Source: Squalus acanthias (lineage: Eukaryota). From it: 64,000 nt of DNA. Positions 23,086 to 34,182 of this stretch are shown here, one piece after another. The first letter of the stretch is position 1. Every line of letters begins with the position of its first letter. The notes below the pieces were generated by a model. It was not told the DNA's origin. It worked only from the letters and a program-made list of their open reading frames with translations, and ran no database searches. A program made the position numbers and the translations under genes. The stretch lies in the NCBI GenBank assembly GCA_030390025.1, contig JASTWF010000358.1, forward strand, positions 186,001 to 250,000, in the 5' to 3' direction.

Positions 23086-26000
23086 TCAAAGCGGGCGGCC
23101 ACATCTCTGGGAGCCACACCGGTACTCTCTGTGCTCCCATAGCGGCTGGCCCCGCCTCCCCAACTCCTCCCTCCTGTCTTCGGGACCTGCAGCTTGTGTG
23201 TCCACCCTGTGTGGATCTCTATCTGCAGCCCCCATTCCCTCCATATCGTAAACGGGACCGTTCCTCCGAAACCACCCGTCGTCATCACTATCCTCATCTG
23301 CACTATCCTCATCTGACCCGAGTACCCTGAATTCTTCCTCATCTAACCCCCAATTCCAGAAAAACACTGTATGATCTTCCGGGATGTCCCCTCCCCTGAT
23401 GCAAGCTGCTATGCCTGCCTGTGTGCCTTGTGGTCCTACCTGGGGCTGTGCTTTCCCACTGGCGGGATTTACCCCTGTAGTTTTCCCTTGCGCACCTGGC
23501 TGGTACAGTTTGCATTGGTTTATGTGGAACCACTTAGTGCGCCGAGGTACTTTTACGGCGTAAACCATGGGACTCGCCTTGTCTACAATGTTGTAGGGTC
23601 CCATATACAGTGGTTCCAGACTCCCTACTCTGGCGTAGTTTCTGACCATGACCTGGTCTCCTACTTCCCACTCCCGCGTTTTGCGGGGTTCCAGCAACAA
23701 GCGATTGCCCTGATGCTGCCTCCCCATGTTCCCAGCCGCCTGCTCATAAACCTGCTTCAGGCGCTCCAAGAGAGTCTGGGCGAACTTGTCCCTGCTTATC
23801 TCCTGGAGCTGACCCTCAGTGAGCACAGGCGCTAGCACATGGGTTGGGGTTCGCATGAGCCTCCCAGTCATTACCTCGTGCGGGGAGTACCCCGTACTTT
23901 TTGACTGACTGGCCCGGACCCCCATGAGGACTAAAGGCAGAACTTCCGCCCATTTTTGGGGCGAGTTCCTAGTCTCTTTCCTCAGTTTCTCCTTCAGGGT
24001 CCGGTTCATACGTTCAACAATCCCGGATGACTGGGGATTGTGTGCTACGTGCCACTTCCCTTCAATGCCCAAAAGCATGAGGGTGGTCTGCATCACCTGG
24101 CCGGTGAAATGACTCACTTGGTCTGACTCCACAAAACGGGGAAGTCCCCACCGCGAGAACACTTCCCGGACCAAGATTTTTGCTGTACCCAGTGCCGTAG
24201 CTGTTCGACAAGGGAAGGCTTCCACCCACTTGGAAAACACATCCACCAGGACGAGGCAATACTTATAACCTCCCTGGGTGGTGGGCAGGGGTCCTATATA
24301 GTCGATCTGTATCGACTGCCATGGTCCCTCTACCCTTCTTACGTGTCCCATGGGCACCTTCCTTTTCTGGGGGTCTGGGTTGTTTGCAGCGCACACAAGA
24401 CAGTTTGCACAGAACTCGCGGACTTGTTCCCTGAGCCCTGGCCACCATCCCGCTTGCTCTACCCGTTGCCAGGTAACCTCGGGCCCGGGGTGCCCTGCCC
24501 CTGGTCCCTCGTGAGCCAACTGGAGGAATTCCCTCCTGTGCTGCTGCGGCACAACCCACTGCTCCTCGCGGAACAGCATGCCTTCCTTAACTGAGAGGGT
24601 TGTCGTACTGTACGGACCTTCTACCTGTCTCCCCACAGCAATGGTTTTTAGGACTGCTTTTAGGGCGGGATCCTGGGCTTGGACGGTCTTAAGGTCTAGG
24701 GGCAATGCTACCCTGGTGTTCCCGGGATTCCCGTCCCTGCCTCGGACCGCTGCTATGGGTCTGGTCCCATAGGGGTTCCAGAAAATGCCGTTGCGGGCAC
24801 CTTCCCTGGCTAGCGCATCCGCCTGCTGGTTGCCCTCCCCACGGGGCTCTGTGGAGGAGTGAGCTTTCACCTTATGGATGAAAATCTCTCCTTCCTCCCC
24901 TACTGCTGCTGCTAAGATCTTTTCCAGCAAGGGCTTCACCGTTAAAGGTCGCCCGTCCGCGGAGGTGTATCCACGGCGGGACCAAATGGCCAGGTATTCC
25001 GTGCACGAATTGCAGGTGAACATACTGTCCGAGCAAATCGTGTATGGGGTTGGGAAAATGTCTGGGTGGGTCACAACGTACACCACGGCAGACAGCTCAG
25101 CCTGCTGCGCGCTCATGGTGCTAGGGAGCTTGATCGCCAGGGCAAGGTCTGCCGCAGGGTCATAAACTCCACACCCTGTGAGTCGCTCGCCAGCAGATAC
25201 TGTGCTAGACCCATCAACATAAATCTCGCGCCCAGTGGGATGTATCCCGGCCCGTAAACCTATGTTGACGTCCCACACCCCTTCCACCGAACACCGGTGG
25301 GCTGTACCGGGGTATACCAAATTGGCCGCAAGCCTGGGCTCGCAAAGACCTTTCACTCTAAGATCCAACTGGGAGAGAAGAAGGGTCCAACGCGCAATGC
25401 GCGCGCTGCTTCCGGTCCCGTCTTTAATCCTCCCATCCAGAAGCATCTTAGTTGGTGTGTGATGTGTGAGGAGAGTGATGGGAGAGAGCCCTGTGAAGAT
25501 CGCTGATCTTTTCACAGCCCAATGCGTGGCTAAAAGGTGCCTTTCGCAATTGGAGAAACTTCTCTCCACATCCGTTAACACCCTGGATGAATAGACAACC
25601 GGCCTCAGCTTGCCGTGACGCTCTTGGAGCAGTACGGCGCTTAAGCTGTCTCCGCTGGCAGCTACCTCCAGGAAAAACTCCTTCCCCCCATCTATGGCCC
25701 CTAAGGCTGGCGCGGTCTGCAGATCCCTTTTTAACTTCTCGAAGGCTGCTTGGCAGCCCTCGTCCCAAAACCACTCCACCCCCTTATGGAGGAGTCGGAG
25801 GAGCGGCGCTGCTGTGGCCGCATAATCTTCGATAAAATCCCTGCAGTAACCGGTCAGTCCCAAGAAGGACCTCACACCCCTTACGTTGTTGGGAATCGGT
25901 AATTCTTGCACCGACTCCCTCCTTGCTTTGTCTATGGCTCTTTCCCCAGCGCGTATGGTCAGTCCCAGGAATTTTACTTCCCGCTGACCGATACGTGCTT

Positions 26001-27114
26001 TCTTCGGGTTTATTTTAAAACCCTTTCTTGCTAACAGCTCCAATAACTCGTCCAGTAGTGGTCCATGCTCCTCCCTTGAGTCCGTAAATAGGAGCAAATC
26101 ATCCACATACTGCACTATCTGATTGGGCTGACTAAACTCCTTTAAACTTCCTGCCATACACTGATGGAAAATACTGGGGCTATTGTGGAAACCCTGTGGC
26201 AGACAGTTCCATGTGTACTGTTGTCCTTTGAAAGTAAAGGCAAACTTGTACTGGTCCTCTCGCCGCAGCGGGATGGACCAAAAACCGTTCGAGATATCCA
26301 GCACCGTGAACGTGGTCGCGGACGCTGGGATGCTCCCTATTAGGTCAGCAACTGCTGCTACCGTGGGCGCGCAGGCGGGAATGTTACTGTTAAGGACTCT
26401 GTAGTCCACCGTGGCTCTCCACGAATTATCCGGCTTCCTAACCGGCCATAATGGGGAGTTCACGTGTGTGGCTATCGGCCTCAACACGCCCTGCTGCACC
26501 AAGGAGGACATTGCTGTCTCCATATCGGGTTCTGCTTCTTTGGGGAAGTTATACTGCTTTTGGGGTCGGGTCATGGGGTCCCCATCTACGCTGACCTCGA
26601 ACCCGACCACTCTCCCACAATCGTGCTTGTGGGTTGCAAACGCGTGCATATTATCTGACACGTACGTTTGCATGTCCGTTGGGACATCTGCGACCATAAG
26701 CCTGAGGTCGTAGCCTCCGGATGGCTGTATGGTACGCAGGACCCCTGTTTCTTCCTCCCCCGGAATCACTATTACCTCGCCTTTTTCACCTTTAGCCCCC
26801 CAGAGACAGTGATTTCTGAGGTCCACGAGGATCCCGTTTCCCGATAGGAGATCAGACCCGAGAATACCTCTTCCACCCCCCTCCTGCCATGCCATCAGTA
26901 TACACTTCCACTTAAGGCGAAGTGTTCCTAAACGAATGGATAGCGGAAGGGAAAACGTGCCAGCCTGTTCTTTTCCTGTGAACCCCGCTAACGTGAATGG
27001 GACCTTGGTAGATAGCGGCGAGTCAAAAGGGTTATCTGTATGGATTATGGTGCAAGAAGCTCCCGTGTCCAACAAATAACTACCCCTCTGTTTCTCTACC
27101 TCCATCTCCACCAA
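23086..27114 (-). CDS. pol: Pol polyprotein of A3 (PR-RT-tether-RNase H-IN). Tail frameshifted near 23160; extra TGA at 27145-27147 upstream of PR
   Basis: DTGAS, LDISNGF, LPQGF, YVDD, two RNase H folds, HHCC, DDE (SDQV instead of SDQG) and GPY. The tail continues in ORF 22787-23140. Confidence 0.93.
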   Translation of the reverse strand: MVEMEVEKQRGSYLLDTGASCTIIHTDNPFDSPLSTKVPFTLAGFTGKEQAGTFSLPLSIRLGTLRLKWKCILMAWQEGGGRGILGSDLLSGNGILVDLRNHCLWGAKGEKGEVIVIPGEEETGVLRTIQPSGGYDLRLMVADVPTDMQTYVSDNMHAFATHKHDCGRVVGFEVSVDGDPMTRPQKQYNFPKEAEPDMETAMSSLVQQGVLRPIATHVNSPLWPVRKPDNSWRATVDYRVLNSNIPACAPTVAAVADLIGSIPASATTFTVLDISNGFWSIPLRREDQYKFAFTFKGQQYTWNCLPQGFHNSPSIFHQCMAGSLKEFSQPNQIVQYVDDLLLFTDSREEHGPLLDELLELLARKGFKINPKKARIGQREVKFLGLTIRAGERAIDKARRESVQELPIPNNVRGVRSFLGLTGYCRDFIEDYAATAAPLLRLLHKGVEWFWDEGCQAAFEKLKRDLQTAPALGAIDGGKEFFLEVAASGDSLSAVLLQERHGKLRPVVYSSRVLTDVERSFSNCERHLLATHWAVKRSAIFTGLSPITLLTHHTPTKMLLDGRIKDGTGSSARIARWTLLLSQLDLRVKGLCEPRLAANLVYPGTAHRCSVEGVWDVNIGLRAGIHPTGREIYVDGSSTVSAGERLTGCGVYDPAADLALAIKLPSTMSAQQAELSAVVYVVTHPDIFPTPYTICSDSMFTCNSCTEYLAIWSRRGYTSADGRPLTVKPLLEKILAAAVGEEGEIFIHKVKAHSSTEPRGEGNQQADALAREGARNGIFWNPYGTRPIAAVRGRDGNPGNTRVALPLDLKTVQAQDPALKAVLKTIAVGRQVEGPYSTTTLSVKEGMLFREEQWVVPQQHRREFLQLAHEGPGAGHPGPEVTWQRVEQAGWWPGLREQVREFCANCLVCAANNPDPQKRKVPMGHVRRVEGPWQSIQIDYIGPLPTTQGGYKYCLVLVDVFSKWVEAFPCRTATALGTAKILVREVFSRWGLPRFVESDQVSHFTGQVMQTTLMLLGIEGKWHVAHNPQSSGIVERMNRTLKEKLRKETRNSPQKWAEVLPLVLMGVRASQSKSTGYSPHEVMTGRLMRTPTHVLAPVLTEGQLQEISRDKFAQTLLERLKQVYEQAAGNMGRQHQGNRLLLEPRKTREWEVGDQVMVRNYARVGSLEPLYMGPYNIVDKASPMVYAVKVPRRTKWFHINQCKLYQPGAQGKTTGVNPASGKAQPQVGPQGTQAGIAACIRGGDIPEDHTVFFWNWGLDEEEFRVLGSDEDSADEDSDDDGWFRRNGPVYDMEGMGAADRDPHRVDTQAAGPEDRREELGRRGQPLWEHREYRCGSQRCGRPL

Positions 27115-27174
27115 AGGTCGCTTCCACGCATCATAGCTAAGCGGTCACAGGTAGACGGGCTGCGCCGGTTCTAG

Positions 27175-28986
27175 TCATGGGGTACTATTAGACGGTCCTG
27201 CGGCACCTACGGGGCCGGTTGCGAACGCCACCTGTCCACGTGCACTCAAGATTAGATTGCGCATGGCTCCTAACACTACTTCGAGGTCGTCAGGAGGGGT
27301 GGGTGCCTTAGCTTCCTTAGCCGGGACAGGCGCCTGGGCTCGGACCGCGGGATTTTTATCCTTGGAATCCTTCCAAGGGTTCCTGCAATGCTTGCGCCAG
27401 TGCCCTGTCTTCCCACACCCGTAACAAGCATTACCTGCCTGTGGGGCGCGATTACCCTCCTGATGCCACTCTCTTTGATACGGGGCTGCGGGTCGTACCT
27501 CATGTACTCTTCCCTTAAGGGGACGTGTTGCCATACCCCTTATATTGCGATAACCTAACGTGAGTCGATTCAAGACCGACTCTTCCGTAATGTTGGGGTC
27601 ATTGGGATCAAACCATGCTTTTGCCTGCTCTCTGACGGCTGGTAAACTGTTGGCTATTATGCACCTAAGCCAATGAGTTAAAGCGGTGCCTGCCACATCT
27701 TCGCGCTCGGGCGCACCTAGGCAGCTGCGCTCATATACTGGCCACAGCCTGTCGGCAAAAACCTTCGGGGGTTCTCCCTCCATCTGCACTGTCTGTCCCA
27801 CTCTAGCAAACGGACCTTCATCGTTCGCCCCCAACACTTCCAGGACCTCATCCCTCAATTCCTCATAAGTCTTGGTTCCCCTCTTGCTCTCGCCTGAGAG
27901 ACACTGAAGGACCGAGCTGTCTAATGAGAACAGCAGCATTTTTGCTGTCTCACCATCATCGCAGCCGTTAATGGCTGCGGCTTGCTCAACTTCTCTGAAA
28001 TGTACGGAAGGGTCGTCTGACTCGGTCAGCTTCCGTACGTGATTTATCATAGCTCTCAGCTGATGTGAGCTGTGAGGCAACACCAGCTGGCCGAGGAGAT
28101 CCCCCGGTTCTTCCCCACCGTTTCTGTTTGGGCCCCTTTTAATACCCGTTACTGGATACAACGGTCCCTTTCCTACTTCTTTTTCAATGGGCTCTTTTGT
28201 TTCTTCCATTGCTTCCTCCCTTACCCAGGTTTCCGAATAGCTGGGTGGCGCGGAGGGCGCAGTGGCTACTACTTCTTCTGCTTTGCTTGGTGGGGATTTC
28301 TTAAACTTCTCACCTATTAACGGCTGGTGTGCTGACGGACTGATCAGGCACACCATGCCGTTCGCTTTGTTTACGGCCTTCTTGAGGTGCTCTATCTCCC
28401 TTTGGCAGGCGCTATGGTCGGCTCCCTCAAACTTATCCTCAAGGGCCAACTTATATGCCGCCCTAACCCCCGTTAAGCTCTCTTCTTGAGTTCTTATCTG
28501 GGCAGCTTGGCGGTTACATCTTTCCTTTAACCTGCTCTCATTCAACTTTGCCTCAGTGACCTGGCACTCGAGATAATCTATCCTTGTTTTAAGGTGACTG
28601 GAGATTTCCTGGCTTTCTTGGTGCAACTCATTTAAATTCTTAATGAGCACCTCCCCTCCAGAAACCTTCTCATCCATTTCTCCCTCTAAATGACTGATTC
28701 GAGCTACTAGCGCTGTAATGGTCTGGTTTGAAATCTGAACCTGCCTTTTGTAACACATAAGCCAGACTGCTTTCTCAAGTGTCTTTCTATGTTCTTTACT
28801 ATCTGTCCACCTTTCGGCTGCCTCTAGCGGGCTTTTATCCGCTAACAATTCACTTATCCATTTCATAGTTAGATTAACCTTTCCAAACACATAATCTGCT
28901 ATCTTTTCCTGCATAACATTTCGTACAGTCATTCCAAAGTCTAACACACTACCCTCTCGCTGCCAGTGTCCTGCCGCGGTCGCCAT
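27175..28986 (-). CDS. gag: Gag of A3, 603 aa, intact
   Basis: Positioned directly after the PBS. Coiled-coil N-terminal region, PSAPPSY, and CYGCGKTGHWRKHC zinc knuckle. Confidence 0.93.
   Translation of the reverse strand: MATAAGHWQREGSVLDFGMTVRNVMQEKIADYVFGKVNLTMKWISELLADKSPLEAAERWTDSKEHRKTLEKAVWLMCYKRQVQISNQTITALVARISHLEGEMDEKVSGGEVLIKNLNELHQESQEISSHLKTRIDYLECQVTEAKLNESRLKERCNRQAAQIRTQEESLTGVRAAYKLALEDKFEGADHSACQREIEHLKKAVNKANGMVCLISPSAHQPLIGEKFKKSPPSKAEEVVATAPSAPPSYSETWVREEAMEETKEPIEKEVGKGPLYPVTGIKRGPNRNGGEEPGDLLGQLVLPHSSHQLRAMINHVRKLTESDDPSVHFREVEQAAAINGCDDGETAKMLLFSLDSSVLQCLSGESKRGTKTYEELRDEVLEVLGANDEGPFARVGQTVQMEGEPPKVFADRLWPVYERSCLGAPEREDVAGTALTHWLRCIIANSLPAVREQAKAWFDPNDPNITEESVLNRLTLGYRNIRGMATRPLKGRVHEVRPAAPYQREWHQEGNRAPQAGNACYGCGKTGHWRKHCRNPWKDSKDKNPAVRAQAPVPAKEAKAPTPPDDLEVVLGAMRNLILSARGQVAFATGPVGAAGPSNSTP
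28968..28985 (-). promoter_or_regulatory. Primer-binding site, tRNA-Arg (A3)
   Basis: Same 18-mer as 14878-14895. Confidence 0.85.
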
Positions 28987-28990
28987 TTTC

Positions 28991-30631
28991 TGTAAGGGAT
29001 TCTGACCCTGCGTGTCTCGCAGCCTGTGAGATTCACGCGGCTCTGTGCAGCCTGTATGTCAGTGCGGGTCTAGGCCTTGTTGCCTGTTCTGGTCTCCAGC
29101 CAGTCTGGGAACACTAGACACACCTGTGAGTGGTTCGAATCACTCGCCCTTACGGTTCTAGACACTGGACTTAGATGCGAGAGCAGTAATGGAGATGAAA
29201 CTCATGTAGACTCGGTTGAATGGTACGAAATGGAAAATCTTTATTGCATGATACTTACGATTATGAAATACATGTCATAAGCACAGATTAATGACAGTAC
29301 AATCTTACAAGCAGTTATATAGTCGATCTTAGGGAAACGAGGAACGAACGGCACACCGTAAATAGGGGCACACATTACAAATATCCTTAATCCTTAAACC
29401 CTCCCCTATCAATATCTATCCTAACTAGATTCGTAGGATTTCGAGACTCATGCTCACCACTCGTGATAACTCGGAGAAATTCCGAATAGCTGATCGGATG
29501 TTTTTCACCGCAGCACCCACGTGTCGGTCAGGAGATCTCCTGGTCCCACTTGTTTACTTGCTTCTGCTGCTCCGGCTAGCAGGCTGGACCGTCTGTTGTG
29601 ATGAAGACCTGTGTTGGTTGGTTTAACAGGTACTTTTCCGAGCACAGTTCAGTCAATATCATCGATGTGATATGTTCTTTTCGAAGAAGTCTTCCTGGCA
29701 AGGAAAACTTGGCTGTTCGACCTACAGGCGCGGTCGGGATTTACTGACCGTGGCGATGGATATGGTCTTCCTCTCTTCTCATCTCATCTCATCTCATCTC
29801 ATCTCATCTCGGGCCTTTGGTTCCGCTGCCAGTTACCAACATAGGTCTTCGTTACGCGACACGAGGTAGATCCGAACGGATCAGAAAGTTCAACAATCCT
29901 TTTCAAAGAGTCAACAGGCAAGCAGGAGCCCGACTACGAGTACACAGGAGCAGCCACGAGGTTACGAATAAGAGCACAGGAGCAGCCACGATGATAAGAG
30001 AGAGATGGACGGTTTGGAGCCTGCAATTATAGTGCAAAATCTTCCGTTTCCCGCCCAACCTTAATGTCCATTCTTTTGTTTAAGGTCTGGCGCTCAAATG
30101 TCTTGTATGGGTGATCTCCGTTCTTAATGGGTTTCGGGGCTACTCGTAAGTGTCTGAGTACCTGTTAATATTTCTCCCATTGTTAAATCGGTCGGTGTTC
30201 TCCCTGGAGGGGTTGTGGGGCTTCCAAGTGTTTTGTATAACTACCTGCTAACGGCTCTCTCATCGTAGAGTCGTTGGGATTTTACATATTAATGTCTTTG
30301 GATGGGCCCTTGATTACTCGGTACAATAGCTTTCATCTGTACCTGGGAGACCGATTTCAGTATTTATGTGTATACTGCAAACCCATAATGTCTCGTGTAT
30401 TATCTTCACTGTGCTGAATCTTAATCGATCTTGCACAAATGTTTATTGGAACGCCATCTTGTCTGCCTGTTGAAAAGTCTAGAATGTTCTGTCACGAGGT
30501 GCGGTGGCCATTTTACAGGCTGCTTGTGTCCACTTTAAACCTGGCAGCATTCTGCTGAAATAAAAGCTGTTTGAACGAAACTCTGTGTTTTCTCCTTATT
30601 AATAAAATCGCGATATATTGCGAATTCTACA
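28991..30631 (-). repeat. A3 5' LTR (1641 bp)
   Basis: Direct repeat of 17940-19580, followed by the PBS. Confidence 0.96.
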
Positions 30632-33600
30632 GGAGGGAGTCGGTGCAAGAGTTACCGATTCCCAACAACATAAGGGGTGTGAGGTCCTTCTTGGGACTGA
30701 CCGGTTACTGCAGGGATTTTATCGAAGACTATGCGGCCACAGCGGCGCCGCTCCTCCGACTCCTCCATAAGGGAGTGGAGTGGTCTTGGGACGAGGGCTG
30801 CCAAGCAGCCTTCGAGAAGTTAAAAAGGGATCTGCAGACCGCGCCAGCCTTAGGGGCATTAGATGGGGGGAAGGAGTTTTTCCTGGAGGTAGCTGCCAGC
30901 GGAGACAGCTTGAGCGCTGTGCTGCTCCAAGAGCGTCACGGCAAGCTGAGGCCGGTTGTCTATTCATCCAGGGTGTTAACGGATGTGGAGAGAAGTTTCT
31001 CCAATTGCGAAAGGCACCTTTTAGCCACGCATTGGGCTGTGAAAAGATCAGCGATCTTCACAGGGCTCTCTCCCATCACTCTCCTCACCCATCACACACC
31101 AACTAAGATGCTTCTAGATGGGAGGATTAAAGATGGGACCGTAAGCAGCGTGCGTATTGCGTGCTGGACCCTTCTTCTTTCCCAGATGGATCTTAGAGTT
31201 AAAGGTCTTTGCGAGCCCAGGCTTGCGGCCAATTTGGTATACCCCGGTACAGCCCACCGATGTTCGGTGGAAGGGGTGTGGGACGTCAACATAGGTTTGC
31301 GGGCCGGGATACATCCCACTGGGCGCGAGATTTATGTTGATGGGTCTAGCACAGTATCTGCTGGCCAACGACTCACAGGGTGTGGAGTTTATGACCCTGC
31401 GGCAAACCTTGCCCTGGCGATCAAGCTCCCTAGCACCATGAGCGCGCAGCAGGCTGAGCTGTCTGCCGTGGTGTACGTTGTTACCCACCCAGACATTTTC
31501 CCAACCCCATACACGATTTGTTCGGACAGTATGTTCACCTGCAATTCGTGTACGGAATACCTGGCCATTTGGTCCCGCCGTGGATACACCTCCGCGGACG
31601 GGCGACCTTTAACGGTGAAGCCCTTGCTGGAAAAGATCCTAGCAGCAGTAGGGGAGGAAGGAGAGATTTTCATCCATAAGGTGAAAGCTCACTCCTCCAC
31701 AGAGCCCCGTGGGGAGGGCAACCAGCAGGCGGATGCGCTAGCCAGGGAAGGTGCCCGCAACGGCATTTTCTGGGACCCCTATAGGACCAGACCCATGGCA
31801 GCGATCCAAGGCAGGGACGGGAATCCCGGGAACTCCAGGGTAGCATTGCCCCTAGACCTTAAGACCGTCCAGAACCAGGATCCCGCCCTAAAAGCAGTCC
31901 TAAAAACCATTGCTGAGGGGAAGCAGGTAGAGGGTCCGTACAGTACGGCAACCCTCTCAGTTAAGGAAGGCATGCTGTTCCGCGAGGAGCAGTGGGTTGT
32001 GCCGCAGCAGCACAGGAGGGAATTCCTCCAGTTTGCTCACGAGGGACCAGGGGCAGGGCACTCCGGGCCCGAGGTTACCTGGCAACGGGTAGAGCAAGCG
32101 GGATGGTGGCCAGGGCTCAGGGAACAGGTCCGCGAGTTCTGTGCAAACTGTCTCGTGTGTGCTGCAAACAACCCAGACCCCCAGAAAAGGAAAGTGCCCA
32201 TGGGGCACGTAAGAAGGGTAGAGGGACCATGGCAGTCGATACAGATCGACTATATAGGGCCCCTGCCCACCACCCAGGGAGGCTATAAATACTGCCTCGT
32301 CTTGGTGGATGTGTTTTCCAAGTGGGTGGAAGCCTTCCCCTGTCGAACAGCTACGGCACTGGGTACTGCAAAAATCTTGGTCAGGGAAGTGTTCTCGCGG
32401 TGGGGACTTCCCCGTTTTGTGGAGTCAGACCAAGGGAGTCATTTCACCGGCCAGGTGATGCAGAAAACCCTCATGCTTTTGGGCATTGAAGGGAAGTGGC
32501 ACGTAGCACACAATCCCCAGTCATCCGGGATTGTTGAACGCATGAACCGGACCCTGAAGGAGAAATTGAGGAAAGAGACTAGGAACTCGCCCCAAAAATG
32601 GGCGGAGGTTCTGCCTTTAGTCCTCATGGGGGTCCGGGCCAGTCAGTCGAAAAGTACGGGGTATTCCCCGCACGAGGTGATGACTGGGAGGCTCATGCGA
32701 ACCCCCACCCATGTGCTAGCGCCGGTGCTCACTGAGGGTCAGCTCCAAGAGATAAGCAGGGACAAGTTCGCCCAGACCCTCTTGGAGCGCCTGAAGCAGG
32801 TGTATGAGCAGGCGGCTGGGAACATGGGAAGGCAGCATCAGGGCAATCGCCTGTTGCTGGAACCCCGCAAAATGCGGGAGTGGGAAGTAGGAGACCAGGT
32901 CATGGTCAGAAACTACGCCAGAGTAGGGAGTCTGGAACCACTGTATATGGGACCCTACAATATTGCAGATAAGGCGAGTCCCATGGTATACGCCGTAAAG
33001 GTACCTCGGCGCACTAAGTGGTTCCATGTAAACCAGTGCAAACTGTACAAGCCAGGTGCGCAAGGGAAAACCACAGAGGTAAACCCCGTGAGTGGGGAAG
33101 CGCAGCCCCAGGTAGGACCACAAGGCACACAGGCAGGCAAAGCAGCTTGCATCAGGGGAGGGGACATCCTGGAAGATCATGAAGCATTTTTGTGGGGTTG
33201 GGAGTCAGATGAGGGAGAATTCCGGGAACTCGAGTCAGATGAGGATAGTGATGAAGACGAGGGGGATTTGGGGAACGAAAGGGTCGCCCCCATTTTAGGT
33301 ATAGGGAGGACACGGGCTGCAGATGGAGATCCGCACAGGGTGGACACAGAGGCTGCAGGTCCCGAACACAGGAGGGAGGAGCGAGGGGAGGCGGAGCCAG
33401 CCGCTGTGAGACCACAGGGAGTGACGGTGAGAACCTCCGAGCCCGAGCCGCCCGCTTTGAACGTCCCGCCCTCGGGGGAGGCAGGGATCGCGAGTGAAGG
33501 GCCGCCTGCTGGGCCGAGCAGGGCGGAGCCACAAGCTGCAAGTCCCGAGGTTAGGGAGGCGGAGTCAGCGGAGGCGGAGCCAGCGACTGTGGTGGAACCA

Positions 33601-33867
33601 CAGGTCGTCCCGGTGGAAGTCTCGGAACCCGGTCCGTCGGTCCTGGGGTTCATGCCCCCGACAACTCCTCGTAGGTCAGGTCGGGCACCCCAGCCCAGGA
33701 AGATGTGGTCATGTCCCCAGACTGCCCCAAGGCGCAGACTTAAGGTTAAGGCAGCCCAGATAGGATCCGGTCCCATCGCAACAGCAACAGGCTGCGGCAG
33801 ATCAAAGGAAAGGGTCAGTGCCCTCCCACCGTCGGGAAGAGCTCGCAGCAGCCTTCTCAGAATTTAA
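30632..33867 (+). pseudogene. pol: pol 3' part of A2 (RT thumb, tether, RNase H, IN, acidic tail), still open
   Basis: Resumes at RRESVQELP exactly where 17939 stops. The first 20 aa of ORF 30571 are antisense LTR sequence. Confidence 0.92.
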
Positions 33868-34004
33868 AGGGGCCGCCCTGAGTACGGGCGGCGCTGTACA
33901 GTAATAAGTTTAGGATAGGTTTCTAAGTTTATAGTTTAAGGTTATAAGTTTATAGTTTTAAATAAGGTTAAGTTTGTAGTTTAATTTTAACAGAAAATGA
34001 TAAA

Positions 34005-34182
34005 ATGATGGGAGCTTTAGAGATAGGTCTAGTTAAAGTTTATTCAGCGAACGTTGAAGTTTACGTGAGGCGAGGTCAGGGGACCCGCTCACCCTTCACA
34101 AAAGCCAGAGACTCTTGCGATGCTGGCTACCTCATTCTATCTGATCACAGGAACCAAGGAAGGATGGAACGAATTCTAGTAT
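34005..34182 (+). pseudogene. env: env 5' stub of A2
   Basis: Same deletion junction as 9363-9540. Confidence 0.85.

Larger units (their letters stand above)
17940..30631 (-). mobile_element. Family A provirus copy A3, full-length (12.7 kb), distinct subfamily, nested antisense in A2 RT
   Basis: Two 1641-bp LTRs, PBS, gag, pol, env and PPT. Perfect TSD GGAG at 17936-17939 and 30632-30635. Confidence 0.97.

Noticed and set aside
30571..30631. N-terminus of the 1098-aa ORF as a real gene start
   Set aside because: Chance in-frame fusion of antisense A3 LTR sequence (TTG start) to the interrupted A2 pol.
32880..33100. Chromodomain after integrase
   Set aside because: Only a GPY/SH3-like module is visible; no chromodomain-like Y-x-V-K-W-x-G pattern was found.
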